NCBI RefSeq assembly: GCF_000142905.1 | Contig: NW_013657610.1 | Span: 30,627 to 94,626, forward strand | Length of the DNA: 64,000 bases | Direction of reading: 5' to 3' | Source of the DNA: Thecamonas trahens ATCC 50062 | Taxonomy: Eukaryota > Protista > Apusomonadida | Part shown: one piece after another, positions 56,886 through 64,000 of the stretch | Layout of the letters: every line of letters starts with the position of its first letter | How positions within the stretch are numbered: the stretch's first letter is position 1 | The notes under the pieces: generated by a model | Told to the model about the DNA's origin: nothing | What the model saw: the letters and a program-made list of their open reading frames with translations, nothing else | Databases searched by the model: none | Program-made: the position numbers and the translations under genes

Positions 56886-59800
56886 ATGGCTGTTGGAGAG
56901 GGAGGAGGACGACGAGGGAGAGGGACCAGGGAAGGGACCAAGGAAGGGACCAGGGAAGGGGGAAGGGGAAGGGGAAGGGGAAGGGGAAGGGGAAGGGGAA
57001 GGGGAAGGGGAAGGTCATGGCAGAGAGCCACGACGGCAACGGCAACGATGACCATTGCCAAAGTCACTGGTGATGCCAATGGTGCCAACGGCGTCAATGT
57101 CAATGGTGCCACTCGTGGTGGGAATGGTGCCACTCGCGCCACTCGTGCGACTCGTGGCGGTAATGGTGCGACTCGTGGCGGGAATGGTGCGACTCGTGGC
57201 GGGAATGGTGCGACTCGTGGCGGTAATGGTGCGACTCGTGGCGGTAATGGTGCGACTCGTGGCGGGAATGGTGCGACTCGTGGCGGTAATGGTGCGACTC
57301 GTGGCGGGAATGGTGCGACTCGTGGCGGGAATGGTGCGACTCGTGGCGGGAATGGTGCGACTCGTGGCGGTAATGGTGCGACTCGTGGCGGCAATGGTGC
57401 TGGCAAGCGTGCCATTGGTGGTGGTGTGACGGGCATGGTGGCTTCCTCGCGAACTGGGCTTGCTGTGGTGGCGGGTGATGGGGTGAGGGGATCGGGGACG
57501 ACGGGGACGGGGACGATATCGGCATCGGCATCGGCATCGGTATCGGTATCAGCAGCGGCATCGGCATCGGCTACTACTACTGCTGCTGCTGCTGGTGGTC
57601 CTGTTTCTGCTGGTGCTGTACTGGGTATGGCGGGCGGGACGGGGACGGGGACGGGGACGGCGACGAGCTCGTCATCGACGTGGAGCTCATGGTCGGATGA
57701 GGGTGGCGGGGAGAGGGATGGTCATGATGGTCATGGTCGTGGTCATGATGACGGTCGTCACAGCCATGCTCGAGGTGCTGGACCCGGGGCGGAAGGAGAC
57801 GACGGGTCCAAGCCGCTCGTCGATGGCCGCGGGCTGTTCACCTCGAGGCACCTGTACTACGCTGCCGGCGAGCGGCACTTCCCGGGACAGCTGCCGGCGT
57901 ACGAGGATCCTGAGGTGAGGACCGACGCGCTGCCTGCACCGTACGGGGCCATCACCGAGCTGGTCAACACCATTCTGCGGAGGACCATGGCGGCGGTGAG
58001 CAAGTTGGAGGCGAGCAATGCGGCGGCGGCGGCGGCGGCGCGCAAGGCCGCCAAGCACGCCCGCGTCGAGCCGTCCAACATGGTCAACAACCTCGCCGGC
58101 CACGTTGTCTCCATGGCCATGGCGCCCAACTCGTCGTCGGCCGTCGTCTTTGTCCTCCTCGACACAGGCACTCTCCTCGCCCTCGCCACCTTTCCTGCCC
58201 TGCAGATCCTCGGCGAGGCGAGCCTCCCGGCAGGCCTCGGCGACGCTGTCTACGCCTCGGTCTGCCCGCTCAACAACAGGCCGTTCTGCGTCGTCGCTGC
58301 CCATCACACCGCCCACGTCTTTGAGGTCCTCCCGGGTACCCACGCCGCCGCCCTCCGCTCGGTCGACGTCACCAAGCTTGCCGCCGTCTCGTGCGATCCT
58401 GGCGCGCCGCTCCCGCTCGCCGCCGCCCACTACGAGGCGCGCCACCACCATCACGCCGCGGGCTCATCGGGCGGGGCCGAGGCCGGCGACGCGGCCGACA
58501 CGCCGCAGGCCGGCTCTTCGGCGGCAGGCTTCCACCACGAGCCGGGTGCGGTGCCGAGCTCGGTCCCCTCGACCGCGCCGCCTCCGCTGCTTCCGCTCCG
58601 CCTTGTCGCGCGGTACTCGTTTCCGCACCTGGTTGGCTCGGTCGCCATGTCGCCTGTCACCGCCTCGCACTCCGGCGCCAAGCTTCCGGGCCAAGTTGTG
58701 GCCATTGTCACCACCGACGGCGCTATCGTCCTCTACCAGTGGCTCGTGCCGCCGGGCGAGCCCGACGCGCTGCCGGCAGCAGCCACGCCCGAGGCCCTCC
58801 CGCGCCTCGTCGCCCTCGCCCGCATTCCACATGCAAGACCCTTTGCCGCCTCGCCGTTCATGTCCAACCTCCTCGCCCGCTCCAAGCCGGGCCTCCTCGC
58901 CAAGCTCGCCGGCAAGCTCGGCGGCGCGCCGTCGGCGGCAGACCGAGCTGAAGGTGGCGCACCGGCTGAGGTCAGCTTGCAGGCCGGCGCGCCCGCCGGT
59001 GCCAGCGCCGGCGGAAACAGCGGCCACGATCCGTCGTTCCGCCGCTCGCGCTCGTCGCGCTCGCGGCCGCGCTCCGGCACTAGCCGGCGGTCCTCGCGGC
59101 ACAGCGAGAAGATGGCCGGTAGCGGTCACGGGCACGGTAGCGGTCACGGGCACGGTAGCGGTCACGGGCACGGCGGGAGCGGACTTGATAGCGGCAGCGG
59201 GCCGGGCGGGCCTGGCGGAGACGGTGGAAGCGGAACCGGAGGCGCAGCGCTGGTGCCGGGCTCGATCCTGGCGGCGCCCGAGGCACACGCGGTCGGCGAT
59301 GTTGTGGCCTCGCTCGATGCCATGTACGCCAAGCTCGACCTGGCTGTGGAGACCGTGGCCCACTTTAGCGTCGGCCCGCTTGACGACGTCCTCCGGCTTG
59401 TGGTGTGGTGGTCCGGCTGCAACCAGCTCCACACCTACCTCCACCCGCTCACACCGGCCGCCGCCGCAACCCTTGCCGCCACGCCCGGCACATCGGGCGC
59501 GCTGTTGGCGGGCGGGCCGGGTGGAGGTGCGGGCGCCAGCGGAGGCGAGAAGGGCACCGGTAGTGGGCACGGGCACGGGCACGGGCACGGGCACGGGCAC
59601 GGGCACGGGCACGGGCACGGGCACGGACACAGTGGCGACCGCAATGGCGCGGCGTCCAAAAAGTCCAAGCGGAAGAAGGCCGGCAAGGCGAGCAGCACGG
59701 CGGGCGGCGGGGGCGGCGAGCGCGGAAGCTCGTCGGGCCGCAGCCGGAGCAACGGCGGGAGCGGTGCGAGCGGCGGAGGCACAGCGGTGGCGGGCGAGGG

Positions 59801-61011
59801 CGAGGCCGGGCTTGTCGGCGGGATCGGGCGCGGCTCGTCTGCGGCAACCTACGCCGCGTCGCTGCTGCGTACCGGCTGCGGGATGGCGGCGATCAGCTCG
59901 CGCGGGCTCGGTGGCGAGCCCGTGGCCGAGCGCGGGCCCAAAGGGCCGGGCGCCGGGCATGTGCTCACCTTTCCGTACTCTGTGACGGCGAGCGCGACGT
60001 CGACGGACGCGCTGCTGTCTGCGGTGGGCCTCGCGAACGGCAGCGTGGTGCTCCGCGACGAGGCGCTAGGGACGGAGCGTGCAGTGGTGAGCGGGCACAA
60101 CAAGGCGGTGCACACGCTCGCGTTCTACTCGTCGCGGTTTCTCCTCTCTGCCGGCGACGACGGGCGGCTGCTGGTGTACAAGATCCGGCCGCGGCTGGAG
60201 CTGCTGCACAGCGTGGAGGAGAGCTCGCGGCCGCGTGTGCTGGACATCTTCCCGCTCGACGAGTCGATTCTGCCGTCGATGGCCGGGGCCGGGCCGGGCT
60301 TCCCGCTGCTGGCGCTTGTGGCGTGCGCCGGTGAGGCGTGCGTCCGCATCTACGAGCTCGCGCGCGGGCTCCGGGTGGGCAACCTAGTTATGGAGGCCGG
60401 GCTTGTGCCGACTATGGACGGGCAGTGGGTGGCGGTGGCGGACGGCTCGCTCACGCTTGCTGCCGCCTACGACGCCACGCACGAGGGCGACGAGACCGAC
60501 GACGGCTTTGGCTCGTCGTTCTCCTCGGTCGACGACTCGGACGAGGACGAGGCGCTCTCACGGGCCGCCACCGCTGCTGCGGCCGCTGCCCTGGCGAAGA
60601 GCATGCCGCGGCGCGGCTCGGGCCTCTCGCTTGGTAGCGGTGGCGGCGGCGGCGGTGGGAGCGCGGTGCCGACCACCGAGGCTGCGGCCAGCTCGTCGGC
60701 TTCGGCGGCGGCGGGCATTGTGTTTGGCATTGTCCCGGTCGTGGCCATCACGCCCGACCGCTCGCTCACGCCGGATGGGCTTGTAGCGAGCAGACTCGGC
60801 GGGCGGGGCCGTAGGCCGCGGCGGGCCTCGCTCGGCATCGACGCCCACCTGCTGGCGGTGCCGGGCGTCCTCTCGCCGCGCATCCGGCGCGGCCGCCACC
60901 ACAAGCGTGGCCATGGGCACACAGCTCGGCACACCCGCCGCGTCGAGTCGGCTGAGACGCACCTCAATCTTCTTGCTGGGAGCATAGGCTCGGGCTCGCG
61001 TCTCCGTCGGT

Positions 61012-61044
<33 letters not shown>

Positions 61045-61697
61045 TGGACGACGACGACGATGAAGGCGGAGACGGGAGTGGGCACGGGCAGAGTCGGAGC
61101 GGGCGCGGGACGCATAGTCGGCGGCAGCGGCGGAGCGGTGCCGGGCGGCGCGGCAGCGGGAGCAAGGCAAGCAGCCGGCGGGCGTCGCGCAAGGCGCGGC
61201 GGAAGCGCGGCAGCAGCAAGAAGGCAGGCGGCGGCAGCGGGCGGCGCGGGAGCAAGGCAGGCGGGAGCGCAAGTAGTAAGGGCAAGGCGTCGTCGTCGCG
61301 GCGGAGCGGACGGCGCGGGAGTAAGACCGGCGGCGGAAGCGGGAGCACGCGGAGCAAGGGCCGGAGCGGACGAAGCAAGGGCAAGGCTGGCGCGGGCGGC
61401 GGAGGCAGCGCGGCGCGAAGCGGACGGCGCGGGTCAAGCGGCGGGCGGAGCGGGAGCGGCAAGGGCAAGGCCAAGACGCGGAGCTCGCGGAAGAAGGAGA
61501 AGGAGAAGACGAGCGGGCGCAAGGGCAAGGCGCGCGAGAAGAAGAAGAGCAGCCGGCGCCGGTCCGGACGCAAGGCGAGCGGACACGGGCGGCGGGCGAG
61601 CGGCTCGCGCAAGGCTGGCAGCGGGCGTTTGCGGAGCGGGCGGGCTGGGGCGCGGCGGAGCAAAGGCTCGCGGCGGCGCGGCTCGTGGTCCGAGTAT

Positions 61698-61729
<32 letters not shown>

Positions 61730-62009
61730 GTTTGACGATGACGAGTACGAGTCGGATGACTCGAGCTCAGGCTCGGGAGGCACTGGCAGCACCGAGGCGA
61801 GCGGCAGTGACGGCGACGACGACTTTGCGTCGGACTCTGACTCGGATGGGTACGACTCGGGCGAGGAGGGCCGGGCCGGCGGGAGCGGCTGCTTGGGCAG
61901 CGGCGCCGAGCCGCAGCGAGTGGTCAAGCACAAGATCCTCATCTACCGGCTGTCCAAGGCGATCCGGGCGTGCCAGAAGGCGATTGCTGCGCGGGGCGGA
62001 GCGAGGTAA
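56886..62009 (+). CDS. WDR93: WDR93/CFAP297-like WD40 protein with long low-complexity insertions
   Basis: DALPAPYGAITELVNTIL resembles the remembered WDR93 motif (LPQPYRMINKLVNLL). FPYSVTASATSTDALLSAVGLANGSVVLRD and VSGHNKAVHTLAF..FLLSAGDDGRLLVY are WD40 blades. First in-frame ATG is 56886 (alternative 57048). Confidence 0.62.
57105..57400 (+). repeat. 21-bp tandem repeat x~13 (ATRGGNG)
   Basis: gcgactcgtggcgg(g/t)aatggt repeated head to tail. Confidence 0.95.
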
Positions 62010-62024
62010 AGCACGGGCAGGCAG

Positions 62025-62048
62025 AGAAAGAGAGCGAGCGAGCGAGCG

Positions 62049-62092
<44 letters not shown>

Positions 62093-62106
62093 TGTGTGAA
62101 TGTGTG
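62025..62106. repeat. (GAGC)n/(GA)n/(GT)n microsatellite between convergent stop codons
   Basis: Seen directly. Confidence 0.95.
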
Positions 62107-62125
62107 TATGGTGGCGAGCGGGCTT

Positions 62126-63465
62126 TTACGAGGCAGCGCCGACAAGGACAACTGTGGTGGAGACGAGGCCGACGACGACGCCAACGATGAGGACGGCCCA
62201 GGCGCCGATGCGCATGCGGGAGTCGTCGGGCGGTGCGGTGCGGAGGTAGAGGTAGGAGGGGACAACAAACTTGATGAGGACGGCGCCTGTGGAGCCGAGG
62301 AAGGAGAGGATGAACTTGATGTCCGGGAAGAGGATGGCGATGGTGTAGGTGGAGGCGACGATGCCGATGGAGAGAGCGAGGAGGCGGGCAAAGGGCGCCG
62401 GGCGGGCGTCCGGGAAGAGCAGCATGTCCAGCGAGTTGCGCAGCGACCAGACAAAGAGCGGGTAGGAGAGAGTGACGACGACAGAGATGGCGATGGCTGA
62501 AATCTGGACGAGGACGTCGGAGGAGGCAAACGAGAGGAGGACGTTGGCCTCGACCTCTGCGCCGTGCTGCATGTAGGCAAAGGAGGCGACGGCGGCGTAG
62601 AGCGAGGAGAGGCCGACGACGACGTACATGGCGATGAGGTTCCAGTTGGCGAGGCTCTGCTTCTGCGGAGCGAGGTCCTTGAAGATGGCGACGGACTGGA
62701 GGTGGCCGCCGAGGGCAAAGGCGATGATGGGCGTGGCCACAAAGATGTCCGGGGTGAAGGAGAACCAGGTGACGTGCTTGGCTACGTCCGAGCCCGGATG
62801 GGTGGCGATGTACTGCGCGGCGCGGAGGAGGACGGTGAAGACAAAGACATGATGGCGGCGATGGCGAGCATGGAGGCGTGGCGGAGCGAGTCGATGGAGC
62901 GGAGCGAGGAGAGCGGGAGCATGACGGCAAAGGTCGGCAGCGTCTGCCACACGGCCCGGGAGGCCCAGAACGAGCGGCTGGCCTCGTCATCGCCAGCGTC
63001 GCCATCGATCCAATGGCCGACCACCTTGGGCATGAGATCGCCGACGATGACAATGTAGCCCACGGCAACGCCCATCGAGTAGGCGACAATGAGGAGCTTG
63101 AACGCCGTGGCAGCCCTGTCGCCGGCGACTCTCGCCACCAGATCCTCGTACGAGTTGGCCCGAGTGGCCGTCGCGGCGTAGACGATGAAGCGGAGGCCGA
63201 GCCATGCGATGAGCGAGAGGAAGATGAGGAGGATCCAGCCGAGGGCAAGGCCAGCCGAAGCGATGGCAAAGGGCAAGCCGAGGACGCCTGCTCCCACTGC
63301 GCAGTTGGCCAGGTTGAACGTGGCGCCTGTCCGCGTGCCCTTGGGCAGCGGGTGGACCTTGGTGGTGGTGGTGGTGGTGGTGGTGTCGATGGAGACCGAC
63401 TCGACTGTGAGGAGGCTGGGGAGGGGAGGGGAGGAGGAGGAGGAGGACGACGACGAGTGGAGCAT
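62126..63465 (-). CDS. SLC38/AAAP-family amino-acid transporter; one apparent frameshift at ~62849
   Basis: TFNLANCAVGAGVLGLPFA, SYEDL, YIVIVGD, LPLSSLR, IIAFAL, SYPL, FLGSTG..FVVP. ORFs 62782-63465 and 62126-62950 join by adding one base (AAII-VFVFTV). Confidence 0.92.
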
Positions 63466-63496
63466 GGTGGGAGGGGTGGGCGTGGAGAGGGGTGTT

Positions 63497-63583
63497 GGGG
63501 GGGTAACGTGATTTATTGTTGGGGGTATGATTGTGGGGGGGTAACGTGATTTATTGTTGGGGGTATGATTGTGGGGGGGGGGG
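63497..63583. repeat. 38-bp direct duplication upstream of the transporter
   Basis: gtaacgtgatttattgttgggggtatgattgtgggggg at 63503 and 63541. Confidence 0.9.
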
Positions 63584-64000
63584 GTCGAGACACGATTGTT
63601 TCCGGCACAAATCGGTCAATGGCCAAGTCAATGGCAGACACGTCATGTCGACCACCGCACATTGTCGTCACGACTGACACGTAGCATGTTGCCTGCGCTT
63701 GTGGCGTGGCTCGCGCAGCACAGGCGTCCGCTACAAACCCTTCCAACTGGGCCTATGTCCCGCTCACAGCCTACCGGGCAGAATTTCTGCCACTTGCCTG
63801 CAAACTACCCGCAGGAAACGTTTGTCGCACACCATCTGGTCAAGCAAGACCAGGTCAAACTCACCCTGTCCTCCGCCCTGTCAGGTCCCTGCTGGTCATT
63901 GACAGTATGACCATGCTCGACTTTGGCACTTCGGATTCTGTGTGGTGTACCACGGTCTCAAGCCAGCCACCCTACCCGCCCCAAGCGCACCTGCGCTATG

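Noticed and set aside
57105-57400. 21-bp array as CRISPR or iteron
   Set aside because: No spacers; it is an in-frame coding minisatellite.

Overview
This is GC-rich, gene-dense, essentially intron-free eukaryotic nuclear DNA from a flagellated protist. The style resembles an apusomonad such as Thecamonas trahens (inference, not verified). It holds about 19 protein genes and one tRNA-Pro(AGG). In order: a >3,900-aa alpha-helical membrane-anchored protein cut by the left edge, VIPAS39/SPE-39, a beta-helix/Cys-rich multi-TM surface receptor, NagA, Hsp70, an unknown ORF, USP48, PPP4R2, a coiled-coil protein, tRNA-Pro, a STRA6-like protein, an ankyrin-TIR-NB-ARC-WD40 STAND protein, DNAAF1, PGK, a macrodomain protein, a short Piezo, a PLD, an unknown protein with three copies of an unrecognised ~55-aa unit, WDR93-like and an SLC38-type amino-acid transporter. 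About eleven single-base frameshifts, nearly all at homopolymers, split these genes in the supplied ORF track; they are most likely sequencing errors, and the genes are reassembled here. The strongest candidate for an undescribed system is the NLR/apoptosome-like receptor at 36449-41428. It has a catalytically intact TIR and an N-terminal array of near-identical 102-bp ankyrin repeats that vary mainly at ligand-contact positions. All family calls rest on motif recognition by eye; no searches were run.
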